This document shows, in pieces, positions 19,432 through 31,890 of a DNA stretch of 53,246 nucleotides (positions are counted from its first letter, which is position 1; each line of letters starts with the position of its first letter). The translations under genes and the position numbers were made by a program. The stretch comes from Persephonella sp. Its GTDB lineage: Bacteria; Aquificota; Aquificia; Aquificales; Hydrogenothermaceae. Under the pieces are notes generated by a model. The model saw only the letters and a list, made by a program, of their open reading frames with translations, was not told the DNA's origin and ran no database searches. The DNA lies in the NCBI GenBank assembly GCA_003978485.1, contig QNZF01000043.1, positions 1-53,246 of the forward strand, written 5' to 3'.

Positions 19432-21165
19432 ATGTCTGATGGCATAATAGAGAGTAGAAAGGAGATAGTTGAAAAATTAAAAAATAAGGGTATTAATCCA
19501 TATACACACAAATTTATTGTTAGTCATAAACTTGATGAGATAAGAAGTAAGTATGAATTACCTGTAGATAATAAAGAGTATGCTTTAAAAGGTAAAATAA
19601 AAAGAGTTTCCAAAAGAGAAAACAATTATATAGTCAGATTTGCAGATATAGATAAACCTGTAGAAATACAGGTAATATACCCACAGGAGAAAGGTAAACT
19701 ATCTCCAAATACCGTAGGAGTATTTAAAGGATTTCTAAAAAGAATAGACGGTAAATTAACTTTAATTGCAGAAGAATTTATTGAAGATGGAGAAGGAACT
19801 CCAGTATTTGAGGTCAAATCTAAGTTTGATTTAGACCCTAACAGAGAAAAAGTTTCTGTTGCAGGAAGATTAATAGCGTTAAGAGACCAAGGAAAGGCGG
19901 CTTTTGGACATATACAAGACGCAGACGGCAAATTGCAGATATATTTAAGAAAGGATAATTTAGGAGAAGAAAAGTATAAGGAGATAATGGAAATAATTGA
20001 CGTTGGAGATATTGTAGGTGTTGAAGGTGAGTTATTTAGGACTATGACAGGAGAGTTAACAGTAGAAGTAAAAGATATACAACTTTTAACTAAATCGTTA
20101 AGAGCCTTACCTGAGAAGTGGCACGGACTAAAAGATGTTGAGATTAGATATAGAAGAAGATATGTAGATTTAATAGCAAATCCAAAAGCTAGGGAAATAT
20201 TCAAAATAAGGTCTAAAGCTATTAAAAGTTTAAGGGAGTTTTTAGAGAGTAAAGGTTTTATTGAAGTTGAGACGCCAATACTCCAGACGGTAGCCTCAGG
20301 AGCTATGGCTAAACCTTTTATAACACATCACAATGCCTTAGATATGGATATGTATCTAAGAATAGCCCCTGAGCTCTATTTAAAAATGTTAGTTGTAGGT
20401 GGATTTAACAGAGTTTATGAGATAGGGAGAAACTTCAGAAATGAAGGGATTGATACAACACACAATCCTGAATTTACAATGGTTGAATTTTATGGAGCTT
20501 ATCTAGACTATAATGATTTAATGGATTTAACGGAAGAATTATTTAGAAAAATACTTTTAGACACTAGAGGAACATTAAAAATATCTTGGGAAGGTCAAGA
20601 GTTAGACTTTTCAAAACCATTTAGAAGATTGAGATTTTTTGATGCTTTAAAGGAAAAAACAGGAAAAGATAAAGAGTTTTTCTTAAATGAGGAAAATGCT
20701 AGAAAATTGGCTAAAGAAGTAGGTATACCAAAAGCTGATGAACTTACACATTTAAAGCTTTTGGATAAACTGTTTGAGCATTTTATAGAAGATGAATTAA
20801 TACAACCTACATTTGTGATAGATTTTCCTAAAATATTATCTCCCCTTGCAAAAACACATAGAGAAGACCCTGATTTAGTTGAAAGATTTGAGCTTATTGT
20901 AAACAAACAGGAGTTAGCCAATGCATACACAGAGCTAAATGACCCTGAAGACCAAAGAAAAAGATTTTTAGAACAGTTAAAGGAAAAGGCTAAAGGAGAC
21001 GACGAGGCTATGGAGTTAGACGAGAACTTCCTGATAGCCTTAGAGTATGGACTACCACCAACAGGTGGGGAAGGTATAGGAATAGACAGATTGGTTATGA
21101 TGTTAACGGACAGCTCATCTATAAGGGAAGTTATACTATTTCCAACCTTAAGACCAGAAGAGTAG
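19432..21165 (+). CDS. lysS: lysine--tRNA ligase (class II) with an extended N-terminal region
   Basis: Class II motifs (FRNEGID.THNPEFT, GGEGIGIDRLVM) and the OB anticodon-binding block VSVAGRLIALRDQGKAAFGHIQD. 577 aa. Confidence 0.95.
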   Translation: MSDGIIESRKEIVEKLKNKGINPYTHKFIVSHKLDEIRSKYELPVDNKEYALKGKIKRVSKRENNYIVRFADIDKPVEIQVIYPQEKGKLSPNTVGVFKGFLKRIDGKLTLIAEEFIEDGEGTPVFEVKSKFDLDPNREKVSVAGRLIALRDQGKAAFGHIQDADGKLQIYLRKDNLGEEKYKEIMEIIDVGDIVGVEGELFRTMTGELTVEVKDIQLLTKSLRALPEKWHGLKDVEIRYRRRYVDLIANPKAREIFKIRSKAIKSLREFLESKGFIEVETPILQTVASGAMAKPFITHHNALDMDMYLRIAPELYLKMLVVGGFNRVYEIGRNFRNEGIDTTHNPEFTMVEFYGAYLDYNDLMDLTEELFRKILLDTRGTLKISWEGQELDFSKPFRRLRFFDALKEKTGKDKEFFLNEENARKLAKEVGIPKADELTHLKLLDKLFEHFIEDELIQPTFVIDFPKILSPLAKTHREDPDLVERFELIVNKQELANAYTELNDPEDQRKRFLEQLKEKAKGDDEAMELDENFLIALEYGLPPTGGEGIGIDRLVMMLTDSSSIREVILFPTLRPEE

Positions 21166-21240
21166 GCTTCTCCTTTCTATTATTTTCCTTTGATTTATTT
21201 AAAAATTAACTTATTTTAAATTTTAAAAAGATTTTATAAG

Positions 21241-22329
21241 GTGAATATAATGAAGTCTTCCAACATAGGAAATTTTTTTAACATAAAAGATAAAAAACGC
21301 CTGTTAAATAGAATACTAGGGAATTTAAAAAGTGATAATACATCTCCGAGGGACAAAAAAGTTAGGTTTAGAATATGTAGAGATATTAAAGAGTATTTCA
21401 ACTGTCCTTTTTATTATTTAAAAAATTTAATAATTTATAACAAAAAGAAATTTAGACTTTTATTTTTAGCAGCTTCAGTATATTTACTTTTAATCTTTTT
21501 GGTGGATTACTTTTTATTTAAGATGGCTCATAATATGGAAAATGAATATTTATACTTTTTTATTATAATCTTTGTTATTCCGTCTATAACCTTAATTCTA
21601 TCCATTCCAATAATATCTTCTTACTCATTCTTTGCAAAAATGGCTAAATCTTATGACCTACTAAAATCAAAAACCCCTTCAAGTGTGCTAAAACTTATAG
21701 AAAATTTAAGAAAACAGGATAGAAGTATTAATGAGTATGAAAAAAAATTATTAAATGAGTTTAAAATAGAAAAGAATATCATTTCAATTTTTAAAGATAA
21801 TCTTAATGTGGCTTCAGGCATATTTTTAGCGTTTCTAATATACATATCAGCTTTTACCGTTTACGTTTTTGGCGTATTAAAACTACTAGACCTAAGAGAT
21901 TATATGATTTCACATCATCTATCAGATTTTTACCTAATACTCATAATTTCATCATTCCTATTTGGAGTTATGATACTAATTCATCTGTTTTACTTCTTAC
22001 CTACAGTTTTAGGATATGCTCTTCTTTCAACATCATTTAAAGAAGCATTTATCAAATCATTCTACTTTTTTAATCTAAAATATCTTATGGAGCATTTTAC
22101 AGCTGAGTATGTGGTTTATTTCTTTATAATACTTGGTATGTCAGTTTTAGAACTTATTTTAATATTCTTTCTTATCCTATTCCCTGTATATTTCACAATT
22201 ATATACATAGCTATATTTTATCCTTTAACCTTACTTAAGGTCTTATACTTTATAACAAGCATAGATAAAAGAATTTGGTATAAGATTGAAGAGGAAGAAA
22301 AAAACAAAAGAGAGTTTGTATTTAGTTAA
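21241..22329 (+). CDS. hypothetical polytopic membrane protein (362 aa)
   Basis: Basic N-terminal region, then several hydrophobic helices. No family recognised. GTG start, alternative ATG at 21250. Confidence 0.55.
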   Translation: MNIMKSSNIGNFFNIKDKKRLLNRILGNLKSDNTSPRDKKVRFRICRDIKEYFNCPFYYLKNLIIYNKKKFRLLFLAASVYLLLIFLVDYFLFKMAHNMENEYLYFFIIIFVIPSITLILSIPIISSYSFFAKMAKSYDLLKSKTPSSVLKLIENLRKQDRSINEYEKKLLNEFKIEKNIISIFKDNLNVASGIFLAFLIYISAFTVYVFGVLKLLDLRDYMISHHLSDFYLILIISSFLFGVMILIHLFYFLPTVLGYALLSTSFKEAFIKSFYFFNLKYLMEHFTAEYVVYFFIILGMSVLELILIFFLILFPVYFTIIYIAIFYPLTLLKVLYFITSIDKRIWYKIEEEEKNKREFVFS

Positions 22330-22333
22330 AAAA

Positions 22334-23254
22334 TTAGGATAAACTTAATAGCTTCTCCCTTTCTTTTCTACTTATAGCTTCTTCTAACTTTTTCAAAACT
22401 TCCTGTTTCTTTCTGGGGGAACACCAATCAGGAGCTATTAATTCATCATCGGAAGCTTCACCTGTAATTCTATGTATAATCATACCGTCAGGTAGGTATT
22501 CCAAAAGCTCAGCTACTATATTTGCATACTCATTAAGAGTTAATGTTTTTATCTCCCCTTTGTAATACTGTTTTTCCATAACTGTATGTTTTACTATATG
22601 TAAAGGATGTATTTTTATACCATCAACAGGTAAAGATGCTATAAGCTTAACAGTTTCTATATAATCTTCCATACTCTCATTTGGAAGACCAACTATCATA
22701 TGGGCACAAACCTTTATATTACCCCTTTTTTTCGTTCTTAAAACTGCATCAACAAAGTCTGCTACCCCGTGAGCCCTGTTAATAGCCCTTAAGGTGTTTA
22801 TATTTGCGGTTTGTAATCCATACTCAACCCAAATCTCAGGCTTTACTGTTGTATAACAGGCTATTAGGTCTAAGACTTCATCAGGGACAACATCAGGTCT
22901 AGTTCCTATAGACATTCCTATTATTTCATCATACTCCATAGCTTTGTCGTATATCTCCTTTAATTTCTCCACAGGAGCATAGGTATTTGTAAAAGCCTGA
23001 AAGTAAGCTAAAAAACCTTTCACATTTTTAAATCTTCTTTTATAAAATGCCATAGCTTTTTCTATCTGTTCTTCAACAGCTTTTTTAGACATAGCATAAG
23101 GACTAAAGGACAGATTATTACAAAAAGTACAACCACCTGAAGCCTTAGAACCATCTCTATTTGGACAGGTAAAACCTGCATCTATAGATATTTTCTGAAT
23201 TCTACCACCATACTTATTTTTCAGATACTGATTAAACTTTATTAATCTTTCCAA
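22334..23254 (-). CDS. TIGR01212-family radical SAM protein
   Basis: Characteristic N-terminus (GGRIQKISIDAGFTCPNRDGSKASGGCTFCNN) and overall length of the YhcC-like family. Confidence 0.85.
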   Translation of the reverse strand: MERLIKFNQYLKNKYGGRIQKISIDAGFTCPNRDGSKASGGCTFCNNLSFSPYAMSKKAVEEQIEKAMAFYKRRFKNVKGFLAYFQAFTNTYAPVEKLKEIYDKAMEYDEIIGMSIGTRPDVVPDEVLDLIACYTTVKPEIWVEYGLQTANINTLRAINRAHGVADFVDAVLRTKKRGNIKVCAHMIVGLPNESMEDYIETVKLIASLPVDGIKIHPLHIVKHTVMEKQYYKGEIKTLTLNEYANIVAELLEYLPDGMIIHRITGEASDDELIAPDWCSPRKKQEVLKKLEEAISRKEREKLLSLS

Positions 23255-23398
23255 ATTAATCTCCTTACAATTAATCTTTAAAAAATTAAATTACTATGTT
23301 TTACAGTATAAACAATATTATTTATATCAATTGTTGCCTTATATTTTTTATCAATTTATAATCAATGGCAAATATATATATATATTAGGAGGCCTTTT

Positions 23399-23911
23399 AT
23401 GGTAAAAAAATTTATCTTCCTATCATCTCTTACTTTAAGTTTTGTTCTAATGAGCTGTAATACACAGGCAAAAGAAGATAATGTAAGTAAACTAAAAAAA
23501 GAAGAAGTAGTTTTACAAAAAGGATACGAAGTTTATAAGAATGTTTGTTCAAGTTGCCATATATTAAAAGTAGATAGGGAAAAAATGAGAGAAATGAGAA
23601 GGATGGTTATGATGGGTAAAAAACCACCTTTAAAAGCACCTCCAATGAATGAAGTTTCAGCTAGACTTAAGTTTTTCTTTGAAGATGAAAAAAGTTTTAA
23701 AGAATTTGTTAAAGACTATATTACGAACCCATCTAGAGAAAAGGGAAAGTGTATGCCTATGGCTTTCAAAATGTTTGGAGTTATGCCACCTATAGGAAAA
23801 GGTTTAACAGAAGAACAAAAAGAAGCTGTTGCAACATGGTTGTATAGAGCCTTTAACGATAAATGGGAAGATTTCCATAAAGGCGGGAGATGTAAAATGA
23901 TGAAAAGATAA
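23399..23911 (+). CDS. monohaem c-type cytochrome, lipoprotein
   Basis: Signal peptide with lipobox (FVLMSC) and a single CSSCH haem-binding motif. AGGAGG SD. Confidence 0.7.
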   Translation: MVKKFIFLSSLTLSFVLMSCNTQAKEDNVSKLKKEEVVLQKGYEVYKNVCSSCHILKVDREKMREMRRMVMMGKKPPLKAPPMNEVSARLKFFFEDEKSFKEFVKDYITNPSREKGKCMPMAFKMFGVMPPIGKGLTEEQKEAVATWLYRAFNDKWEDFHKGGRCKMMKR

Positions 23912-23927
23912 AAAAAAGAGGTAAAGA

Positions 23928-24692
23928 ATGTTTGGATTTTTTAAAAGTAAAGAGGAAAAAAAAGTTCAGCCTGTAAAAATTGTTAAAGTTCCTTATAAAC
24001 AGGAAAGAATTGCAATATTTATTGATGCGGGGAATATGTTTTTTGGTTCAAACTATCTAAAAGTAAAAATTGATTATAAAAAACTTATAAATCTGTTAAA
24101 AAGGGATAGATGGCTTCTAAGGGGATACTTTTATACAGGTATTCCTACAGCAGACTTAAATTTACCAGCAGAGTATAGGGAACAATGGAAAAAACAGAAA
24201 AACTTTTTAAACGAATTACAGAATATAGGTATTAAAGTTAAAACAATGCCACTAAAAAAAACTCCTGAAGGTTTTATAGAAAAGGGAATTGATATACTTT
24301 TGGCTACAGATATGATTGTTTTAGCTTACAACAATGCCTATGATACTGCAATACTGGTAAGTGGGGACAGTGATTATATTCCGGTTGTAGAAATGATACA
24401 GCAATTGGGAAAAAGAGTTGAAAACGCATCATTTAAAAGAACTAGCTCCTACGAATTAAGAAAAGTTTGTGATGATTTTATATTGTTAGATAATTATCTA
24501 GATAAATTTACAGAACCACTTAACAAACCTAAAACAGAACCTAAAAAGGAAAAAATTCAGGAGAAGAAAGAAAGTAGTTTATTAGATAAATTGAAAAAAA
24601 TAATTTTTAGTAAGTTTAATAGAAAAGAAGAAAATAATAATTTAGATAAAAAAACTTTCAATAAACAACAAAAAGAAAAAAATAGGATATAA
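23928..24692 (+). CDS. NYN-domain (LabA/DUF88-like) putative RNase with a Lys/Glu-rich tail
   Basis: IAIFIDAGNMF ... GIDILLATDM ... LVSGDSDYIPVVE acidic-residue pattern of NYN/PIN-like nucleases. The C-terminal ~70 aa is low-complexity K/E/N. Confidence 0.75.
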   Translation: MFGFFKSKEEKKVQPVKIVKVPYKQERIAIFIDAGNMFFGSNYLKVKIDYKKLINLLKRDRWLLRGYFYTGIPTADLNLPAEYREQWKKQKNFLNELQNIGIKVKTMPLKKTPEGFIEKGIDILLATDMIVLAYNNAYDTAILVSGDSDYIPVVEMIQQLGKRVENASFKRTSSYELRKVCDDFILLDNYLDKFTEPLNKPKTEPKKEKIQEKKESSLLDKLKKIIFSKFNRKEENNNLDKKTFNKQQKEKNRI

Positions 24693-24723
24693 TTTTTTAA
24701 ACTTTTCAACAGGAGGCGAAGAG

Positions 24724-25032
24724 ATGGAGCTTATAATATCAGGAGTAGTTATAGGAATAACTTTAATATTAATGGTTATTATGTTTTTCTTGGGTTATAG
24801 AGAAGCATTAATATACAAAGTAGATGACCCGATTAAGTATGAAAGTCCTGTTGCAGGTGAAATTTTTGATGACGAAATATTAAAAATCTATGAAAAGATA
24901 GAGGAGGAGTTAGGTAAAGAATTAGATGTGGAAGAGAAAAGAGTTTTTTATATTTTAATAGAAGAAGGATATAGAGGAATGACTTTATATAAAAAATTTA
25001 TGGAAGAGTATCACAGATTACATCAACATTAA
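24724..25032 (+). CDS. hypothetical single-TM protein (102 aa)
   Basis: AGGAGG SD. N-terminal TM helix, then an acidic soluble part. Confidence 0.5.
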   Translation: MELIISGVVIGITLILMVIMFFLGYREALIYKVDDPIKYESPVAGEIFDDEILKIYEKIEEELGKELDVEEKRVFYILIEEGYRGMTLYKKFMEEYHRLHQH

Positions 25033-25034
25033 TC

Positions 25035-25679
25035 TTATAAATATCTTTTTAATTTTTCTCTATTAATAAAAACATCTTTTTCTCTCTTCTCTATTATTCC
25101 CTGTTCTTTAAACTTTTTTAAAATCCTTGAAAAAGTTTCAGGGGTTATGTTCAAAAGAGAAGCTATTTTGTTATGCTTTAAATTTTTAAATAAATCTTCA
25201 TGTTCGTAAATAAACTTTGCAACTCTGGATACCGCATCCATCATTACATTTTGAACGATAATTTCATTTAATATCCTAATTTTGAATGTTAAAGATTTAA
25301 TTACATTAAAAGCTATTTCAGGGTCTTTTAGAAACTCATTTTTAAATCTGTCAAAATCTATTGCAAAGACTTTACCGTTTGTTTCAAACTCAGCAGAGGC
25401 AGGATAAGGTAAACCTTCAAAATTGGCAACTTCGGCAATCATATTTATAGGATGAAAGTAATGTAAAGTTATCTCATTTCCCTTTAAATCTGTTTTATAT
25501 ACTCTAACTGTTCCATCAAGTAGTATATATAGATATTTAGGCTTTTCACCTTCGTAAAACAAAAACTCACCTTTTTTATAATCTTTTATATAGGAAATAC
25601 TCTGTAGCCTTTTTATCTGCTCATCATTCAGATGTTTAAAAATATATATTTCCCTCAGGTCAAACATTATCTCCCCCAT
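25035..25679 (-). CDS. Crp/Fnr-family transcriptional regulator
   Basis: cNMP-binding-like beta-barrel (FYEGEKPKYLYILLDGTVRVYK) and C-terminal HTH with an E--SR recognition motif (NITPETFSRILKKF). No N-terminal Cys cluster. Confidence 0.88.
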   Translation of the reverse strand: MGEIMFDLREIYIFKHLNDEQIKRLQSISYIKDYKKGEFLFYEGEKPKYLYILLDGTVRVYKTDLKGNEITLHYFHPINMIAEVANFEGLPYPASAEFETNGKVFAIDFDRFKNEFLKDPEIAFNVIKSLTFKIRILNEIIVQNVMMDAVSRVAKFIYEHEDLFKNLKHNKIASLLNITPETFSRILKKFKEQGIIEKREKDVFINREKLKRYL

Positions 25680-25719
25680 CTAAAATCAGTTGGTAAAAGT
25701 GATTTAAATTATATAATCT

Positions 25720-25755
25720 TTAGCATTTAATACAAAAACTAATTTGAAATGCTAA
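25720..25755. repeat. 9-bp perfect inverted repeat (ttagcattt-N18-aaatgctaa) in the crp/fnr-eno divergent spacer
   Basis: Arms at 25720..25728 and 25747..25755, flanked by direct repeats aaatcagtt at 25683..25691 and 25766..25774. Confidence 0.6.
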
Positions 25756-25827
25756 CTTAAATTTTAAATCAGTTCTGGTATTAACGGTATTCAAATAGAC
25801 AAAACTTGTAGTAATATTTTTCTGTAA

Positions 25828-27541
<1,714 letters not shown>

Positions 27542-28187
27542 GGGATTTAAAGGCTTTCCTATTTGATTTAGACGGAACATTAATAAACTCTGCTGACGAT
27601 ATAGTAGAGGCTGTCAATCACACTTTAAAACAGTTAGGAAGGCAATCATTACCTAAAGATGAGATTATAAAACATGTGGGATACGGTGGAAGAAAATTGA
27701 TGGAAGATATTCTACAAACCACGGACAAAGATTTAATAGATAAGGCTACAGAGATATTTAGGGAGTATTATTTTTCAAATCCTTGTGTTTATACAACACC
27801 TTATCCTTACGTAGAGGATTTACTGGAAATATTAAAGAAAAAGAATAAAAAGATAGCTGTTATAACCAATAAGTATGAAAATATATCTAAAAAAATACTT
27901 GATAAGTTAGGCTTAGCTAAGTATATAGATATTATAGTAGGAAGTGATACAGTGGGAGAGAAAAAACCTTCTCCTGAGCCAATATTTTACGCTTTGAAAT
28001 ATCTTAATACATCACCAAATAACTCTATTCTAATAGGGGACAGTGAGGTAGATATACAGGCTGGGAGGAATGCAGGAAGTTTAACAGGTTTAGTTTTGTA
28101 TGGATACGGTAAAATAAATCTTGCAAAGGAGTTAAATCCAGATTATATATTTAAATCTTTGAAAGAAGTTATTGAGGAGATTAAATA

Positions 28188-28574
28188 ATGGAAGATAAAC
28201 TTAAATACGGTGAAAAAGAAATACTTGAAGCAAAACTTGAACCTTGGGAAAATCCATATCCTGACAGGAATTACTATATAGATATATCCTTTCCAGAGTT
28301 TACCTGCTTATGTCCAAGGTCTGGTTATCCAGATTTTGCAACTATAAAAATAAAGTATATACCTGACAAATATATTGTAGAATTAAAATCTTTAAAACTT
28401 TATTTAAATCAGTACAGAAATAAATATATATCTCACGAGGAAGCAACTAATAAAATTTATGAAGATTTATACAATCTTTTAAAACCTAGATTTTTAGAAG
28501 TAATAGGAGATTGGAACCCAAGGGGAAATGTGAAAACTGTAATAAAAGTATCTTCTGAAGATAACAAAGAATAA
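28188..28574 (+). CDS. queF: NADPH-dependent 7-cyano-7-deazaguanine reductase
   Basis: Type I QueF signature [20 protein letters not shown] and [14 protein letters not shown]. Confidence 0.92.
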   Translation: MEDKLKYGEKEILEAKLEPWENPYPDRNYYIDISFPEFTCLCPRSGYPDFATIKIKYIPDKYIVELKSLKLYLNQYRNKYISHEEATNKIYEDLYNLLKPRFLEVIGDWNPRGNVKTVIKVSSEDNKE

Positions 28575-28576
28575 TT

Positions 28577-29506
28577 TTACTCGTAATTCATCTCTCTTAT
28601 AAATGAAGGGTCTATTCTACACTTATCAAATTTGTCTAAACTGTTTTCTCTTAGTATTTTCTTTATTCTCTTTATATAAATTCTTCTCAACGTTGAGTAT
28701 AAAGTTAGATGTCTGCTTAACTCTAAAGGATTTTTAGTCGTTAATCTAACCTTTCTAAACTTTTTAAAAGCCCAACTTACATTTATGCTGTAATAATAAT
28801 CCCTTATTGAGTTTATAACATATTTATACTTTCTTAGATAGATATTAGCACCTTTCATTTTTATAGTATTACCTTTTTTCCTTATAGCTGTAATACCAAA
28901 AGCATTTCTACCTTCCAAATAAAATCTTGAAGTACCCCAACCTGTTTCAGCTATAGCCTGAGCTAAAACTAAACTTGGTGGATTTGTGTTTAATCTGCTT
29001 AACAGTTCATTAACAGATTTAACTTTATACTTTTTTAATAGATTATTTAAAAACCTTTCTTCATTTTCTGTTATTTCTTTTCCTTCTTCAAACTTTTTCT
29101 TAATTCTTAAAACAATTCTTCTATTCTCTTCTATCTCATGGTTCACAATTAATATCTGAGGAAGCATATAAGCGATAAATTTTTCTTTTCTCTCTTTCTT
29201 TGACAACCCTTTAAAATCAATAGGATTTTTATAAAAAACAGGAATAATCTTATTACAATTAGTTATAGGAACTATTTGAGAAGGATTTTTTACATCTAAA
29301 GGAATAGGTTGTACTACATTTAAAGTTAAAGTTTTTTTCTTTTCCTTTGTTATTTCTTTTTTGTTTTTTTCTTTATTATTGCTTAGTAAACATCCCTTTC
29401 CGTTATTCTTAAATGAAAAATATATTATTCCTAACACTGCCAAAATGACAGAAAACAACCCTATTCGTAAGAACACTGGTAAGTTAGTGAGCATTAATTT
29501 TCCCAT
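28577..29506 (-). CDS. glucosaminidase-domain (Bax/FlgJ-like) protein, membrane-anchored
   Basis: N-terminal TM anchor and a C-terminal block LVLAQAIAETGWGTSRF..GRNAFG typical of mannosyl-glycoprotein endo-beta-N-acetylglucosaminidase-like domains. Confidence 0.75.
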   Translation of the reverse strand: MGKLMLTNLPVFLRIGLFSVILAVLGIIYFSFKNNGKGCLLSNNKEKNKKEITKEKKKTLTLNVVQPIPLDVKNPSQIVPITNCNKIIPVFYKNPIDFKGLSKKERKEKFIAYMLPQILIVNHEIEENRRIVLRIKKKFEEGKEITENEERFLNNLLKKYKVKSVNELLSRLNTNPPSLVLAQAIAETGWGTSRFYLEGRNAFGITAIRKKGNTIKMKGANIYLRKYKYVINSIRDYYYSINVSWAFKKFRKVRLTTKNPLELSRHLTLYSTLRRIYIKRIKKILRENSLDKFDKCRIDPSFIREMNYE

Positions 29507-29580
29507 AGTTATTGTGATAATAATACAAATACATTAATTTTTTATATGACAAAAATCAATAACCATTTGGGAGTAAGTGT

Positions 29581-30963
29581 ATGTATCTATTTAGAGGTAA
29601 GGTTAGAAGTATCCATTTTATAGGAATTGGCGGTTCTGGAATGAATGGAATAGCTGAAGTTTTGTTAAATCTTGGTTTTAATATCACAGGTTCAGACTTA
29701 AGGGAAAACTACGCGGTCAAAAGATTAAAAAGTATGGGAGCAAAAATATTTATAGGTCATAAAGCCGAAAATGTTAAAGGTGCCGATGTAGTGGTTTTCT
29801 CATCTGCAGTAAAAGAGGACAATGTAGAACTTGTAAAAGCTAAAGAGTTAGGAATTCCTACAATACCTAGAGGTGAAATGTTAGCCGAATTAATGAGATT
29901 TAAATACGGTATAGCCATATCTGGTAGTCATGGAAAAACAACAACTACATCAATGATAGGTTCAATACTAAGCAAAACAGGATACGACCCTACAGTTGTT
30001 ATAGGTGGAAAACTTGAGGCATACGGAAGTAATGCTAAGCTTGGTAGAGGTGATTTTTTAGTGGCAGAAGCAGATGAGAGTGATGGTTCATTTTTAAAAC
30101 TTACACCTACAATAGTATCTATAAACAATATAGACAAAGAGCATTTATCCTTTTATAAAGATTTTGAAAATATAAAAAAAGCATTTATTGATTTTGCAAA
30201 TAAAGTTCCTTTCTACGGGGCAATTGCAGTCAATATGGATGATAAATTTGTTAGGGAGATTATTCCATATATAGAGAAAAAAGTTATTAAATTTGGAATA
30301 GAAAGTGATGATTTAAACGTTAAAGCCCACAGTATAGAGTTAATAGATGGTAGATATAAGTTTAAAGTAAACGATTTGGGAGAGATACATCTATCTGTTC
30401 CGGGAAAGCACAACATATATAACGCCTTAGCTTCCATATCAATAGCTTTAGAATTAGGTGTTCCATTCTGTGTTATAAAAGAGGTATTAGAAAATTTTAA
30501 GAACGCTTCAAGGAGATTTGAATTAAAGTATAACAGTGATGTCGTAATTGTAGACGATTATGCCCACCATCCAACAGAATTAAAGGCAACAATAAAAGCA
30601 TGTAAAGATATGTATGGAGATAAAAGGATTATATCTGTTTTCCAACCACATAGATACTCCAGATTAGCATCCCTTTACAAAGATTTTACAAAATCTTTTA
30701 AAGATGCTGATATTATACTTATTACAGAAGTTTACTCTGCAGGTGAAGAGAGTATAAACGAAATATCAGGAAAAAAATTAGCTGAAGATATAGCAAAAAT
30801 AGAAAAGAACAAGACTGTTATATACTCTGGAGATTTAGATGAAACTTATAATGTTTTAAAACAGATAATAAAAAGGGGAGATGTAATCCTATTCTTAGGA
30901 GCTGGTAATATAACCAAGCTAGCTGACAGATTTACCGAAGAATTAGGTAAGGGAGAGCTGTAA
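29581..30963 (+). CDS. murC: UDP-N-acetylmuramate--L-alanine ligase
   Basis: IHFIGIGGSGMNGIAEVL, GSHGKTTTTSM and DDYAHHPTE motifs. Confidence 0.95.
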   Translation: MYLFRGKVRSIHFIGIGGSGMNGIAEVLLNLGFNITGSDLRENYAVKRLKSMGAKIFIGHKAENVKGADVVVFSSAVKEDNVELVKAKELGIPTIPRGEMLAELMRFKYGIAISGSHGKTTTTSMIGSILSKTGYDPTVVIGGKLEAYGSNAKLGRGDFLVAEADESDGSFLKLTPTIVSINNIDKEHLSFYKDFENIKKAFIDFANKVPFYGAIAVNMDDKFVREIIPYIEKKVIKFGIESDDLNVKAHSIELIDGRYKFKVNDLGEIHLSVPGKHNIYNALASISIALELGVPFCVIKEVLENFKNASRRFELKYNSDVVIVDDYAHHPTELKATIKACKDMYGDKRIISVFQPHRYSRLASLYKDFTKSFKDADIILITEVYSAGEESINEISGKKLAEDIAKIEKNKTVIYSGDLDETYNVLKQIIKRGDVILFLGAGNITKLADRFTEELGKGEL

Positions 30964-30965
30964 AA

Positions 30966-31424
30966 ATGGAATATTTAGAGTTAGTAAAAAAATGGAAGGA
31001 TGAAGGTAAAAAGATAATTTTTACAAATGGTTGTTTTGACATTTTACATGCAGGACATATAGATTATTTGGAAAAATCAAAAAGTTTAGGAGATGTTTTA
31101 ATCGTAGGTTTAAACAGTGATACATCAATAAGAAGAATAAAAGGTAAGAAAAGACCTATAGTACCGCAGGAATACAGAAAGAGAGTTCTAGAAGGATTAA
31201 AGGCAGTTGATTTAGTTATTCTTTTTGAAGAAGACACTCCAGAAAGATTAATAAAGGAAATTAAACCTGATGTTTTAGTTAAAGGTGGCGATTGGAATAT
31301 TGAGAATATAGTAGGAGCCGATTTTGTTCAAAGTTATGGTGGAGAAGTTAAAACAATAGAGTTTATTTACGATATATCAACTTCTAAAATTATAGAAAAA
31401 GTAATAAATCTTTATTGCAAATGA
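30966..31424 (+). CDS. rfaE2: D-glycero-beta-D-manno-heptose 1-phosphate adenylyltransferase (RfaE domain II)
   Basis: Cytidylyltransferase fold TNGCFDILHAGHIDYL. 152 aa, stand-alone domain II. Confidence 0.88.
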   Translation: MEYLELVKKWKDEGKKIIFTNGCFDILHAGHIDYLEKSKSLGDVLIVGLNSDTSIRRIKGKKRPIVPQEYRKRVLEGLKAVDLVILFEEDTPERLIKEIKPDVLVKGGDWNIENIVGADFVQSYGGEVKTIEFIYDISTSKIIEKVINLYCK

Positions 31425-31502
31425 TAATTAATATTTGCGAAAGATTTTATAAAGATGCACTATAATTATTAAGATAAAGATTAACATCGTGAGGTTTTTA
31501 TT

Positions 31503-31883
31503 ATGGCTGAATTAGTTGAAAAATTAGATGAAACAAACACCCAAACTGAAGCAGTTTCTCAACAAAAAACCTATAAATCCCGTAGATACTCAAATGAGTT
31601 CTATACGGAAGAAGATTATATATTAAATAGAAGAGTTACACTGTTATACGGTATAACATTTTTGTTTTTAGCTTTCTCCGTTGTAATGTCAGAAATATTA
31701 AGCATAGTCTTTGATGAAGGATTATTAAGTCCTGTCCAAGTTGTTTTTCATTCAATATCCTTCGTAGGTTATGTAATAACCTTTAGATATATCTACAAAA
31801 AACAGTATTACATTGAAGAAAAAAATGTTCAGGTTTTCAGAAATCAAAAGAAAATAGATGAAGCAGAAGAAAAGAATTGGTAG
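31503..31883 (+). CDS. hypothetical membrane protein (126 aa)
   Basis: ORF with two hydrophobic segments directly upstream of lpxD. No family recognised. Confidence 0.5.
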   Translation: MAELVEKLDETNTQTEAVSQQKTYKSRRYSNEFYTEEDYILNRRVTLLYGITFLFLAFSVVMSEILSIVFDEGLLSPVQVVFHSISFVGYVITFRYIYKKQYYIEEKNVQVFRNQKKIDEAEEKNW

Positions 31884-31890
31884 GTAGATT

